This document shows positions 35,330 through 49,513 of a stretch of 64,000 bases of DNA, in pieces (the stretch's first letter is position 1; each line of letters opens with the position of its first letter). Source of the stretch: Chromera velia (Eukaryota); contig JAHBMJ010000113.1 in assembly GCA_018398765.1 (NCBI GenBank), forward strand, positions 62,001 to 126,000, read 5' to 3'. A program made the translations under genes and the position numbers. The notes below the pieces were generated by a model. It worked only from the letters and a program-made list of their open reading frames with translations, was not told the origin of the DNA and made no database searches.

Positions 35330-36676
35330 GGTTGGGTGTTTGCACTGCCTTCCACTTTCCCTCTTTTCCGTCCTCCATATTTGTTCTCACTCGTCGTTTC
35401 TTCTTCTTCTTCTTCTTCTTCTTCTTCTTCTTCTTCTTCTTCTTCTTCTTCTTCTTCTTCTTCTTCTTCTTCTTCTTCTTCTTCCTCTTCCTCTTCCTCT
35501 TCTTCTTCTTCTTCTTCTTCTTCTTTCTTGTTTCTTCCTCCAGGTCAACTGCACGGATACGATCCAAGACTTCCACAAGGACAACCCGAAATTCACTTAC
35601 CACAAATTCGACATCTGTGCGTGGATGGCCAGGACCGGGTGCAGCAACGAGGAGGTGGAGAAGTTTGTGGATCCCACGATGAAATTCATTGAGGAGATGC
35701 TGTTGGAGGGAAAGAACGTTCTTGTACACTGCCTTGCGGGTCTGTGGTCTTTTTTTTTTTTTTGGCATTTATTTGTCTGGTGGAAGAGTAAAGGGATTGT
35801 GAAAGGACGTACCTATGTTCATATGAGTTTTTCCGTCCTGACACCCGACTGACTGACCGAAGGTGGCATGTGTGGTGTGGCCTTCCGTGAGACTTCCCCG
35901 TCGTCTAGGGATCGATCAAATTTTTTGTAAGTGTGAAAAGGAAAACTGACTGGCTCTGGCAAGAAAAGATCTCGGAAGCAGCCTGATATAATTTCTTATA
36001 GGAAAAATGAAATGCCGATCCGACGCCCTTCTTTCTTTCTCTCTTTTCTTCTTTCCTTCTTTCTTCCTTTCTCTCTTTCTGTCTTTCTTTCTTTCTTTCT
36101 GTCTGTCTTTCTTTCTGTCTGTCTGTCTTTCTTTCTTTCTTTCTTCCTTCCTTCCTTCCTTCCTTTCTCTCTCTCTTTCGCTCGTCGGTTCGTCTGCTCG
36201 TTCGTTCTTCCTTTCGTTCGTTCGTTCTTTCTTTCTTTCTTTCTTTCTTTCCTTCCTTCTTTCCTTTTTTTCTTTCCCTCTTTCCACCCTTCCTTCCTTT
36301 CATATTCTCATCAGTGATGCATACTCATTGATCTGTTTCCTCCCTCGTTTGAGGGCTTCCTGTTAAGCTCGACCGAGCCAGAGGAAGAGAATGCCAGCAG
36401 GTTGCCTGGAAAGAAAGGGAACCGGCTTTTCTCCTTCATGAATATCTGTATGTGTCCTTTGTGTACACGCTCGCAGGTGCGCACCGAGCTGGCACGACAG
36501 CTCTGCTGATGATGGTGTACTTCGACAAGATGGAACCCCAGAGGGCGTTGGAGTACTGCCAGTCGCAGAGGCACATTATTCAGCCGGTTGGCCAACTGTC
36601 GCAACTGGTGCTGAGATACTACACAGCAAAGACCGTGACGTGGAAGAAGCAACAGATGAGCGTGGCCTCCTCATGA
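34327..36676 (+). CDS. Dual-specificity protein phosphatase, 3 exons: 34327-34584, 35544-35739, 36477-36676
   Basis: VFIGNIDAA, VNCT, and the catalytic loop VLVHCLAGAHRAG formed across the exon 2/3 junction. The start could alternatively be the Met at 34414. Confidence 0.9.
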
Positions 36677-37729
36677 TGGTCTGCAGATTAGGGGGGGGTC
36701 GAAGGGGGGGGAGGGGAGTCTAGCTCCTGGAAGATCCCGCTTTCGATCTTCTTTGCCTGCTTGGTTGGCACTGTTTGTTTACCTTTTGTGACGTCGTGGT
36801 CTCTCTGTCGGATCTGTCAGAGAGGAGAGGGGAGAGGAAGGGAGCGGAATAATCCTGAAAGATGGGTGAGTGACTTGATCCTTCTCATACCTTCTCATGG
36901 TGCTCTCCATTCAACTTGTTTCAGCCTTTTGCAATTAATTGTATCAAAAGCTGGATGTAAAGTTCAATTCATGAAAAACTTTGAAAGTTGACTGACAAAT
37001 CAATAAGATTACACTGTGTAATATTGCGTAGAATTAGCGTGTAATGCCACTAGGTGTAATATCTGCCTTACATAAAAAATTTGGTTAGAAATTTAAAAAA
37101 ATATGTGAACATTTCTGGCTAGGAACATTTGGGCCATGATTTATGATAACTAGAGCTAGAACTAGACCACATATACAAAAGAAACACTAGAAGAAACACT
37201 GGTACTTAGTAATGATTATGTGAACCTAACTTATGTTTAAGTATGATGCCACCTCTCTGTAGTATACCACACTCTAGTACCACACTGCCATTTACGGGAG
37301 CAACTTCTAAAAGACAAAACGGCGACAGTGTTCTAGGGCACCATATAGTCACATATGGCGATAAGTGATTTATTGGTGCGATTAAAAAAAGAAAGAAATA
37401 ACGTTAATAATATGCGGCATTCTAAGCCGATTAATTGCTACAACTAGAGGGCCTAGTAGAGGCTTCAAACAAACAAAGAAACAAGCCCAGAAAAAACCAT
37501 GCAAGCAAGATCAAGCAAGCAAGCAAGAAAGAAAAACCGAAAAAGAACGAATCTGTTATGCAACGCGGCTGCTATCATCTCCAATGAATCCCTGCGTATA
37601 CGCACATAGATTTAAGGAGCACAGACGTTCCGTTGTTCTTCTCTAGCTATATTCGACTGTCCCACCTCTCAGTTGGGAGTCCCCACCTGAACCAACCAAC
37701 CATCCATTTATGCTCTCCATCGTTTTCTG

Positions 37730-37766
<37 letters not shown>

Positions 37767-38144
37767 GTTAGGGGGAGAGAATCGGTTTAGAGGCTCTGAA
37801 CAGGAAAGGAGAATTAATGTGCGGGTGTCCGGACTCCCAATGCTCTCTCTTCCCTCTCCTTCGATGCCCCATTGTCACTTCCCTTTGCCGCTCGCCCCCC
37901 CCTTCAGCCACCTGCTCTCTCTCCTCTGAATGTTACTTTGTTCATGCAGGAGTAAGCAAGCTTTGCTTCTTCTGCTTCAGCCTAAGGAATGGAGGAAGAG
38001 AAAGCAACCAATTCAAAAGGAACGTCTCTCTCCATTACCACGGCAGCAACGACCTCCCACTTGAAATGAAATTCAGAGAGGTACACAAGAAGACAGGCAA
38101 AAGGTGAGAAGGACAGTGTGAAAGCATCAATAGACAGCCAAGGA

Positions 38145-38539
38145 TCAGTAGAGAGCGATTGGCAGTTCTCCTGGGTACGCGCCTTTAGATAGACTTTCAG
38201 GACCTTTGCCGATAGCCCCGGCAAGCGTGTTTTTGGAGTGTTGGCTCATCAAGTCCTCATGATCCCCGAAGAAAGTCCCGTCACAAAAAACCATCGGGGC
38301 CCTCTCCTTCTTCCTGCGCACACGAACACACACACATCCACACAAACACACACAATCATACACGCACACCGTGACACACACACACACACACATACACACG
38401 CAGCTACACACGTACAGGTACACACGTACGGGTACACACATAAACACATGCACATTCACATACAAAAAGGCACACGTACACACACCTACCCACACATACA
38501 CCAACACCCACCCACACACACCCACACCCACGCACGCAC

Positions 38540-38570
<31 letters not shown>

Positions 38571-38798
38571 GCTACACACGTACAGGTACACACGTACGCA
38601 CGCACGCACATACACCCACACACATACACCCACACATACATCCACATATACAGCCACACCCACACCCATCCACACACCCACACACACACACAGCTACACA
38701 CGTACAGGTACACACGTACGCACGCACGCCCATACACCCGCATATACAGCCACACCCACACCCACCCACACCCACCCACCCACACACACACACACACG

Positions 38799-38840
<42 letters not shown>

Positions 38841-39008
38841 CACACACACACGCACACGCACACATACGCACACGCGCACATACGCACACATACATACGCA
38901 CACGCACACATACACGCACACATACATACGCACACGCACACATACACGCACACNCTACCCACACATACACCAACACCCACCCACACACACCCACACCCAC
39001 GCACGCAC

Positions 39009-39051
<43 letters not shown>

Positions 39052-39063
39052 CACACACACACG

Positions 39064-39106
<43 letters not shown>

Positions 39107-39814
39107 CACACGCACACACGCCCACACACGCAGATGCAAAGGCCAACGTGTGCACACAAAGGGAACTCGAAAGAGAAAGCGGATGGGAGAAAAATGAAGG
39201 CGAAACGACGGAAAAACGGACAAATCGGAAGGCGAACGGGGCACCAGCATTGACTTGTCACCCTCAGAGTAAAGTGACGAGTGCCCAGACAGACACACAC
39301 GCAGCAAAACAAGAATTAGACTTGGGTAACCAACGTGGGACACGGAGGGGTTCGATACACGGTCTGATCTGAACAGGATTTGCCTGTCGTTGAGGCCATG
39401 CCTTCCTTGTCCTATGATTCCCGAATTACTGTCTGCTTACGTTTTTGCAGCCAGATATCCCAACAGTGCCGGGTGCGCAAGAACGTCCACTGCCACCAGG
39501 GGAACTGCCTGTGCCTCTGTCAGCATCTTGACGGCGTTCATGGACAATTCTGATTTCGGGTGATCGGGTTGTCCCTCCATGAAGAGCACAAGCTTGTTCT
39601 GCTTCAACAGGGCCTCCATCTTTCCATCAATTTCCGGCTTGTTTGCCTCATACATTTTCTTCCCCCCCTCCAAAACCTCTTGGTATACGGCTGCAGTGGA
39701 AGCGTTCAGGACGTCCGCTGCGGATGAAAACCGACGAGTTGAGGGTTGCACTCTTCCTCTGCGTTGCAAAGCGCTTTGGGCATTTCGTGCCAAGGCACAC
39801 CTGAGGGACAGCAT
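38145..39814 (-). CDS. Monothiol-glutaredoxin-like protein lacking the active-site Cys, probable mitochondrial presequence, 2 exons: 39814-39441, 38313-38145
   Basis: [17 protein letters not shown] aligns with Grx5-type VVLFMKGTPxxPx[17 protein letters not shown] aligns with the IPQVFxxGEFVGG region. The N-terminus is Arg/Ser-rich and lacks acidic residues. Confidence 0.8.
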
Positions 39815-40573
39815 GCCGCCAGGAAGACAAGAAAGAAAAAATACAACCACAGCACGAAAGAGGGTCTTTTGCAGTCTCTTGAGAAAAAATCAACCGGACT
39901 CTCGAAACTGCTTCCTTCGCTACTGTCTGGGACTCTTTCAAGAAGAGGCCATCGGAGAACTAAGTCATGTTACTCTGGTGAAGCTTGTCTTTGCCGAATT
40001 AATCTCGAAAAGAACTCACAGGAAGAATACAGGAAGATCTGACGTCTTAAACCGGCCATGCAATGCGAGACTCCCGGGATCTGCCTGCAGGCATGAAACT
40101 CGCTTGGTTAACGCATTTTTTTCATTTTTGTAAATTAATTTCGCGCGCAAGGCGCGCGAACTGACTTCTTTTCATGCATTAATTTCACTGCAAAAAAAAA
40201 AAAAACAAAAAAAAATTTCACTGCATGCAAGCCTTTCTTTCTTTTAAAAAACTATTTTGAATTGCATGTTTTGCCTTAAGTTCTTCAATGTTTCCCTGCC
40301 TGCATGTGAAGAATTATATGAATGTTATACTGCATGGCTAATTCCATAGTTGCATCTGGTGTGAATTTCTATAGTCATCTTGGAGTTCAATCCTTGTCCA
40401 ATTGCTTCCGCTGTTTCTACGTACACGGCATATATATGAATGCGCATCCTTATATAGTACTTTGCGCTGTGTCACGTGCCTAAAGGGGGATCTTCAACAG
40501 CTCGCTTGATCGATCCCGCACCTCTACAAAAAGATTTCCTTGACTCGACTACAGTTGCATCGCGCATAGAGAT

Positions 40574-41425
40574 CATGGAGGCCAAATTGCGAGCGCTTTT
40601 GGCCCTGGAGCACACTTTTGCAAAAGCTCTTGAGACGTTCCGAAACGAAAGGAAGGTCCTATATAGAGAAAATCGAATCCCGGCTCGGAATTTCCTCGCC
40701 TCCTGTTGCATACGCTGACCGACTCTCTTCTGAGGCTGCTGATCTCGTCGATCTCCGAACGATTGTCGACACCGAGCTTCGCGCTCTGAAGATGTGTTTT
40801 CATGCAAAACTGGATCCTATCAACCCCAATCAGAAGGTGGACGATGAAGAGATCGAAAAGCTGCGGGAGGAGATAAATCAACTAAAAAAAAACAAGGTGA
40901 TCGATATATAAAACAGCGCTCCGCCCCGTTACCTTTTTTTATTAAAAGAAGAACCAGGTGATCGATAAAACAGCGCTCCGTCCCGGTACTCTTCCCGCTC
41001 TTTTCCTCTCTACGTATATGTGTGTTTGTTTCCCCAATGCGTCGAGAGACGCGTCACCTGAAAGGAAATGCTTCCTGTCAGACAATCTCCACTGCAACTG
41101 TTTTCTCTGTTTTGCATTCTGTACGTGTTTGCCTCTTCCTCTGTCTTTCTGCATGCATGCCATCACTTTGTTGATAACATTGCTTCAGAGCTGTTTTCGG
41201 ATATTCTGACTACCAACACTCTCTGATTTTTGCCCTTGTTTGCCTTTCGTCAAATTTTGTATGCGTGCAGGTCGACGGAATCAGATTCCAAAACGGCGTC
41301 TGGAAGGTTACGTACCGCGAAGGGTACTATTCTGGACACCTCATTCACTCACAGACATTCAAAAGCTTGGAAGACGCGAGAGAATTCCTCCGTTTTGGAT
41401 CCAGAAAACCCGCCAAAGTTACTGC
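40574..41425 (+). CDS. Hypothetical spliced coiled-coil protein or pseudogene, divergent from the glutaredoxin-like gene
   Basis: Exon-like frames MEAKLRALLALE..., ...EIEKLREEINQLKKNK|GT and a third ending at GTGAGT. No recognisable domain. Confidence 0.35.
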
Positions 41426-42126
41426 GTGAGTCATCTGCAGGCTGATGAGTTTTTTTTGTCTGCAGTTCTCTGCCAGTTTCCATTTCAAAACGGATTTTGA
41501 GGCGGCCACCAACTGGCTGTCATGCAGCATACCGCCGCTAGAGATCACCTCTCTCTCCGTTTCTCACTGAGTCTCTATTCTTTGATCCTTCGTCTCCGCG
41601 TCTCCCTTTCTCTCTCTCGTGATGTCCCCCCCTCCCCCCTCTCTCTCTCCTTCGGCGTGCATATGTATGTCGGTGGCTGTGTGTCTCTCTCCTTCTTCGG
41701 CGTGTATATGTATGTCAGTGGCTGCGTATGGCTTCCAAGGATGAGACAGACACCTCGTCCGTTCCTTGCTCAGGTGGCAAGTTGAACCCCTCCCACCCAT
41801 TTTTGCTCTCTTTCTTCTCCGGCCCTTCTGTGTGACTGCAGGCAGAGGCGGCGCACCCTCTTGACTCTCCCTCGAAGTCGCCAAGAGGACTGCGAAATGG
41901 AAGATGCACACCAGCAGGTCTGTCTGTCGATGCATGGCTTGGTGTGTGCGTGTACGGGGTTGGTGAAGAGGTTCCCTAGCTCTCGCCGTTTGAAGGCTCC
42001 TATGAATTCGGTATAGTCCTCTTCTTGCTTCCATCCGCATCTCCGGTCGCGATGATCAACAAACACTTTTTGCACTAGATGTTTTCGTGCATCCACCTCT
42101 TTCTCAATCTCTCCCCCGCGCGCGCG

Positions 42127-42167
<41 letters not shown>

Positions 42168-44868
42168 ATGCTCCTATCTGGGTACGTTTTGGATCCAGTA
42201 GTGCGCGGGTCTTGAGAAAAAGTGAAGAAGTCACATATTTTTGCCTCGACTTGCCGAAAACATCATTTCTGTATTCTGTCCCCCTGCCCCCCCCGTCTCC
42301 CTTCAGGTCCCCCTCGTGTCCTCAAGCGTAGAACTGGCAGGGTCCTCCAGCTCTTCGGCAGCTTCTGCAGGCCCAGTAGCCCCCGCCCGCAACCTGAGGG
42401 ATTCGTTTGATCAACTGCTCAATCCAGCTTGTGATCGAACTGAGACGGTCAGCTAGTGAGTGCATGCCTGGTATGGGTCCTTTTGTCCCTCAAGCTCTGT
42501 CTGTCTTTCTGCCTATTTATTGGTCCAGTAACATAAAAGGAAACGACGAGAAGCAAAGAAGGGCCATTTCTGTGTGTATAGCGGTCGCACAGAATTTTTC
42601 CGATGTTTATCACACTCACGCACTCTCCGGGTCCGTCCACATTGTTCTGTTCAGGCTTTCTGCTCCTCCTCGCATATGACGTATATCACCCATCCCCCCC
42701 CCTTTCTTTCCGTAACCGCAGAAGGTGACCGACCGCAAAAAAAAAGACAGTGGTTACCCCGGATACCCGTTGGTCACTGCTCCGCATCTGCAGGTGAGGA
42801 GACTCAGTCAGTGGGTTCAGTGGCATGCAGACGGATGAATTAAGAGGAAAGCATTTGGCGTAACCAACACGGACTCCGCCATATGTGTGTCCATCATCGG
42901 TTCTCTGTGTCCTGCATCGATGGATGTCCGCCAGCTTCGTTCCCTCTTTGCATTTTTTCCTTCCGTCTGCATGCTGTCCTTCGTGGAAAGGAAAATGACT
43001 TAATTCGTGAAAAGAAAAACAACTTAGACTAACAGCGTGACTTGCCACCTATCCATGTTCTTCGATGTCCTGCCCGATGCACGTGCGTCGACAACCTTGC
43101 ATCTCTGCAATCACTCCCTCTTCATACAGGCATGCTGCGGCACTTTCTCTGAATTCACCATCCTTGCATTGTTCTCCATGGTCTTGTGGAAAGATCAGAG
43201 ATCATCACAGAAAAAGAGTCACATGAACCAGTGAATCGCGGCATGCTGCGGTTTTTCGTTTTTCGGCGGTCATATTTGTGCATCTACACGATCTTTGTCT
43301 CTTTTCTCTCTCTTTTCTCTCACCACCGTTTCTCTCACTCCCCATTCTATGTACATGTATTTGTGCATTTCCGTGTCTGTACCTTTCAACTAACGAGTTT
43401 TTGCATGCTGTGAACAAAGTGTCCTTCTATATCTTTCATGAATGAATAAATAAATAAATCTGAAAAATCTATTTATGCGTTCTGAATATTTCATTCATAC
43501 GTGCTGTGAACAAAGCGTCCTTCTATCTTTCGCCCCTTTTTCCTGCATGTTCTCTTTTCATTTCTCGATTTTCTCCTCGAACGAATTGTTCCTTCCTTCG
43601 TTCTTCGTGCTGCAGTGTGAGAATCTGTTCGAGAAGAAAAGTGAAGAGGAGCCGGCGGAAGCACTTAAGTCAGTTTATACTTGTGCGCTGAAGACGATCG
43701 ACTTTTTGGCGTGCTCATATTTTGTTCTTTTCTTCTTGCGCCCCATCACGTACAGACAAGACAATACAGGGAGGCTGCGCGCCTGAATGACACCTCAGCT
43801 CACCAGCACGCACTTTCATGAACAGAACAAGGCTCGGTGCACAAACTGTCGGTCTCGCTGTCTACATATTTTTTCTTCAATTTGTCGCATTTTGTACTTA
43901 GTCACGCTCGGCAGGACTTGGAGAGGGAGATGCTGCTGCTTCCGAAATTTGACAAGATAGAAAACGTATTTCTGTTCGCAACCCACTTATGAAGGCACTG
44001 AATGTCGATACAGAAAAGAGAGTCAAGAGAGGGGGGAATATCGATAAAGTCTCGATGAATTCAATTTTTTTCCCCTTGCCATCTTCTACGCTTTCGAGAG
44101 AGCGAACCGAGAGAGAAGAGAAGACGCTGCAGGTTCAAGTCAGAGTCTCCACACGTATCCACCACACAGTCGTGTCTCATTTCTTTTCCATAACAGTTTG
44201 TCGGGGCATCGCGCGCTGTCGATCAAAAAGCAAAACAGTGGACAAAGGTTACTGAGGTGGGCTGCATTTGTAAGATTGCGACGTTGTGCCCCACTTTGTG
44301 GATGCATGGATGGCCATTTGCAGCTCCCGAGGGACTCTCCCTCTGATGCTGATCTGATGGTCGGTTACTGTGCCAAGCCTGGTGGCCGAGCTAGTTTGTT
44401 TTGCTCATGTTGTTGGTCGACCAGTTAGTCATGCGGGGGGGGATGTTGCATGCATGGTCAGTCTGTCAGACGTTAATTCGATCGGACAGTCAGAGAGAAG
44501 CAGAGGCAAAGAAAGCGGGCAACGCTCATGTCCGCAATTAAGCTAGTGTCTTGTTTCCAGGGAGGCTGAAATGACTCAAGAATTCTGTTGGGAGGGGGGG
44601 TATAGTTTAGGGCGCAGTCTGTTTGGAGAAGCTCCAAATGATTCCTTTTGGGGGTCATTCCACAGCAGATGTCAAGTTCTGGCTGTAGAGCCAATTTTTA
44701 TCTCAAATTCTGGGCTGTTCTCAGAAGGGAAGGATGGTGATGTTGTGCCTGCATGAAACCTAAAGAAGACAATTTTCTGATCGACTCTACGTGAACACGC
44801 TGTGCACTGCGCGAGATCACGCAATTCAAATCTCTGCATGTTCTTCGGTTGGTTTCCGGTGCTTTCGA

Positions 44869-44924
<56 letters not shown>

Positions 44925-45079
44925 GAGTATCTCTCTCTCCTCACCTTAGTGCTTATATCGATATGAGTTTTTACAATGTCGCTGCCTGCAGAAAGATGTC
45001 GTCGAATCGGATCACGCAGATCACCGATTTGGTCTGAACAAGCAGACGAAGACCCGAGGTGAAAGGTAAACCACAACGC

Positions 45080-45604
<525 letters not shown>

Positions 45605-46050
45605 AAGTGTAGCTAGATGAAAGCCCCGTGATGACAAAGCGCAATTGAAACGTCAATCGTTGTTGGGTGCGAGCACGATGTTTGGATCGATAGAAAAAAA
45701 CGATTCAGGGACTCAGTGAGTCCATGCATCGATCGATCTGGCAGAGCAACGTACGTCTCTGAAGAGATCGAAGTCTTCTATCTGCTCGGCCCTTTTCGCG
45801 ATCGCAAATGGTCAGTCACTTGTGAAAAATACAGTCATGCCCCTTTCGTCTGCCTCGGGTGTTCACTGCACAATCAGGCCCAGCCATTAATACCAGATCA
45901 ACGTGGGGAGTAGTGGTTGTGCAGCAAGACAGCCGAGAGATAGACGAGAGGGGGATAGGGGATGGGAGGGTGTACGTGTGGGGGGCTCCTTCAATCCATG
46001 CAGACATAGGGGGGGGGGGACGTGAGCGCGAGGAATCGGTTGCTGGAACT

Positions 46051-46458
46051 GCCTGCGGGAGTCGCAAAAGAAAAGCCTGTGGCAGTCGCAAAAAAAAAGC
46101 CTGTGGGAGGTGCAAAGAAAAAAAAGCCTGTGGGAGTTGCAAAGAAAAAAAACCTGTGGCAGTCGCAAAGAAAAAAGGCCTGTGGGAGTTGCAAAGAAAA
46201 AAAGCCGGTGGGAGGTGCAAAGAAAAAAAGCCTGTGGGAGTTGCAAAGAAAAAAAACCTGTGGGAGTTGCAAAGAAAAAAAGCCGGTGGGAGGTGCAAAG
46301 AAAAAAAAGCCTGTGGGAGTTGCGAAGAAAAAAAGCCTGTGGGAGGTGCAAAGAAAAAAAGCCTGTGGGAGTTGCAAAGAAAAAAGGCCTGTGGGAGGTG
46401 CAAAGAAAAAAAACCTGCGGGAGTTGCAAAAAAAAAAGCGTGTAGGAGGTGCAAAGAC
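46051..46458. repeat. Minisatellite, ~16 copies of ~26 bp GCCTGTGGGAG(T/G)TGCAAAGAAAAAAA
   Basis: Directly visible head-to-tail units with no unique spacers. Confidence 0.95.
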
Positions 46459-47173
46459 ACATCTGAATGAGACGGTTCGAAAACTAGTCTTGGTCCAACA
46501 TTGATGTTCCATGGACCCTTTCGCTTAAATGGTGTCTTCTAGGATAGACACTCACCGAGAGAAAAGAGAAAACAAAAGAAAAGGATTTTGTTTTCTTTGC
46601 GTGTCGATCGCTTAATACTTTTTACTGGAATTGACACTCACCGGCAATTGTTCAAAGGGACATATATGCCTGGCGATGCCTAGACACCGTTCTGAAACAA
46701 GTCGATGCATGTTTATGCCGCTTTTCTCTGCTCCAGATTCTTATGCCAGACTGATTTCATTGTACGGTCTCACAGAGCACGTCTCTTTTCTGCTTGCATT
46801 TTTGTTTTTGCATTTTGGATTCTCCTTCCATTGACCTCCATCACGTGCCGTCGGACGTAAACATCGTTCGATGCCGAGCCGAGAGGAATGCTCAATGCCA
46901 TTTTGAACGCCAACTCTTGAGACACGTACAATGCGCTTTGCATGCTCTCAAAAGGTAGTCTTGCACAGAGGCATGCATGTGTGTATACATATGAAATGGA
47001 TTTGCATGCAATGGCATTGGGTGAGCACGTCTCTCTGCCTCCCTCTTTCTCTCTCTGCATGTATGTCTGTGTGTATTTTAATTGCTCCTCCCCCTCTCTC
47101 TCGCTCTCTCTGTGCGTGTCTCTCTCGATCTCTCCCTGTGTGCGTGTTTTTCTCTCTCTCTCTCTCCCTCTCT

Positions 47174-47251
<78 letters not shown>

Positions 47252-47494
47252 GCGTGTGCGTGTGCGTGTGTGTGTCTGTCTGTCTGTCTATCTGTCTGTC
47301 TGTCTGTCTGTCTGAAGGAAGAGAAAAAGGAAAGAAAAGACGATATAGTCTGTCTGTCTGTCTGTCTGTCTGTTTTTCTGTCTGTCTGTCTGTCTGTCTA
47401 TTGTGTCCATGAAGAAAAGAAGGGAGAAGAAGAAACATACAGTCTGTCTGTCTGTCTGTCCATGAAGAAAAGAAGGGAGAAGAAGAAACATATA

Positions 47495-47568
<74 letters not shown>

Positions 47569-49513
47569 CTGTGTCTCTGTGTTTGTGTGTGTGTGTGTGT
47601 GCGTCTGTCTGTCTCTCCCGTATGTGTCTATCTGTCTGGCTCTCTCTCTCTCTCTGTGTGTGTGTGTGCGTGTGTGTGCCTTCCCTCTGTGCGACCGTGC
47701 TGATGTTCCTTCGCTCTTTTTGTGGTGCCTGCTCCTTCCCTTTGAGACGGCCGAGCCAGTTCTCCCAGGTAAAAAGCTTGTGCATGCATGGCATACCATT
47801 GAACCAATGCATGCATGCATGTGCATGTTCAACTTGCTGTGGGTTTGATTGATTGCATGCAGAGCCTTACTTTTCTCGGGGGACTCCACGGACGGATGTT
47901 CTGGGTTTCAATCAGGACATTCGGACCGGCAAACCCGACCAAGCTCTCACGTGTCATATGCAACCCTCAACAGTGCACAACGATCTGACAGAATGTAACA
48001 ATGAAGCGCAATCACGTCTGAGGGCATAGTTAGGCACAGATAGGAAACAGATGAGGAACAGTGAGGACGTATGCAGCCGGCCTTCGCCTACTCCATAGTA
48101 GATGTAGGCCTATTGCCTTTAATAGTTTTCCTGTTCCGATCTGCTTTTCTGCAGGGATTTCGGCTGAGAAGCGAACTCCAGCAAAGGTCCTTGTTGCTCT
48201 CAGAAGAGGGTTGAAGAATTTGGTTGAAGTTCACAAAGGACTGGAGATGTGAGGGGGAAAGCGTATGAATGTACAAATCGTTCCTGGAGACACAAGTACG
48301 AGATTAGCTACCAGTGTAGCATACCACTTCCTTTTAATAAAGAGTAACATAGAGCGTCTTTCACTCTTTGGTTAGACGTGATTTTACACTTAAATTTAAT
48401 GGATCAGTCTATGAATTTAGAAAAAGAATCATTTTTTTATGTCGATTTGATGTGAAGTATAGTGAATGAGACCTTGATCAAATTCAAAAGTTAATATTAC
48501 TGTTACGGCAAACTCCACCGAAGTTAGTTCACCGTGTGCACAAATCGAACTAGCGGGTGAAGGGGCAGCGCCGGGCAATCAGTAGAGCCGGTGCTTGAGA
48601 AAGTGCGGGCACAAGGGTTCGACGTCAGGCCGTCCGCTACGCTCTGAGGTTTCATAGAAAAATAATTAATTCGGAAATACAGAAGCATGCATGCATGCAA
48701 GTCAATGCATGGAAAGAATAAGATTGATTAAGATTGAAACAAAACAATACAAAAGGAACAAAGAGGTCTGATGGACAGATTTCCCTACGTACATTAAGCT
48801 TGATAAGTGAAGTCATATGTTAAGTCCTCACTTAAGTTCCTAAGAGCGTAACAATTACATTATCTTCTAGTGAATTTAACATAATTTAACATTATAGTCT
48901 TTTGATTTATAGAATGAATTATTTTTATACCAACCCACTGTTACCCACCATATTAACAGTATTTATAGAACTCTGGTTGAATTTCATCTACGTCTTAGAG
49001 TTACCCTATATTTTATCCTATCTCGAGCCTACTCGAGCTTCTCCTTAACTAAGATCTACTTAGCCTAGTTGGACCCGGTGGCAACGACTTCGGGTACAAA
49101 GGGACCTGCGGGGTACTGCGGGGGCTGCAGGGCTATCGCCGTGGTGAGTCTTGGCCAACAGCAGAATGCAATGTATTCAATGTATGCCATATCGAGCATA
49201 TGCAGTCTCTGTGTCTCGGCGGCGGCGGGCCATGGCGGGCCGCCGCGGCCGCGGTCGATGTTTGCACAGAATTTGCTGTTTGGGGTCTCTCTGTTCAGCG
49301 CGTCTCTCCCTGACACAAACAACGGTCTGACACTGACCGAACATGACGAACTTTGGCCCCAACTAAGCTTCTTGTCAAGTCCCAGGGTGCCCAATCGCCT
49401 TTTATCGTACAGCTGTGAGACTACTCTCACTCGTCAGTGAGTCTCAAGAGCAGTTGGTGGGTTGTTTGTGTGCCGTCTCTCTGAGCCCTCTACTTCTTCT
49501 GGTGTCTCTCATC

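Noticed and set aside
40135..40165. GC palindrome TTCGCGCGCAAGGCGCGCGAA as a terminator or RNA gene
   Set aside because: Isolated short hairpin in a divergent promoter region with no further support.
41830..42460. Minus-strand gene
   Set aside because: Only short protein-like fragments; no consistent spliced frame or domain.
46051..46458. CRISPR-like array
   Set aside because: No unique spacers and no cas genes; eukaryotic context.
48550..48640. tRNA or SINE suggested by GGGTTCGAC and a small hairpin
   Set aside because: I could not fold a cloverleaf or find a convincing A box and terminator.
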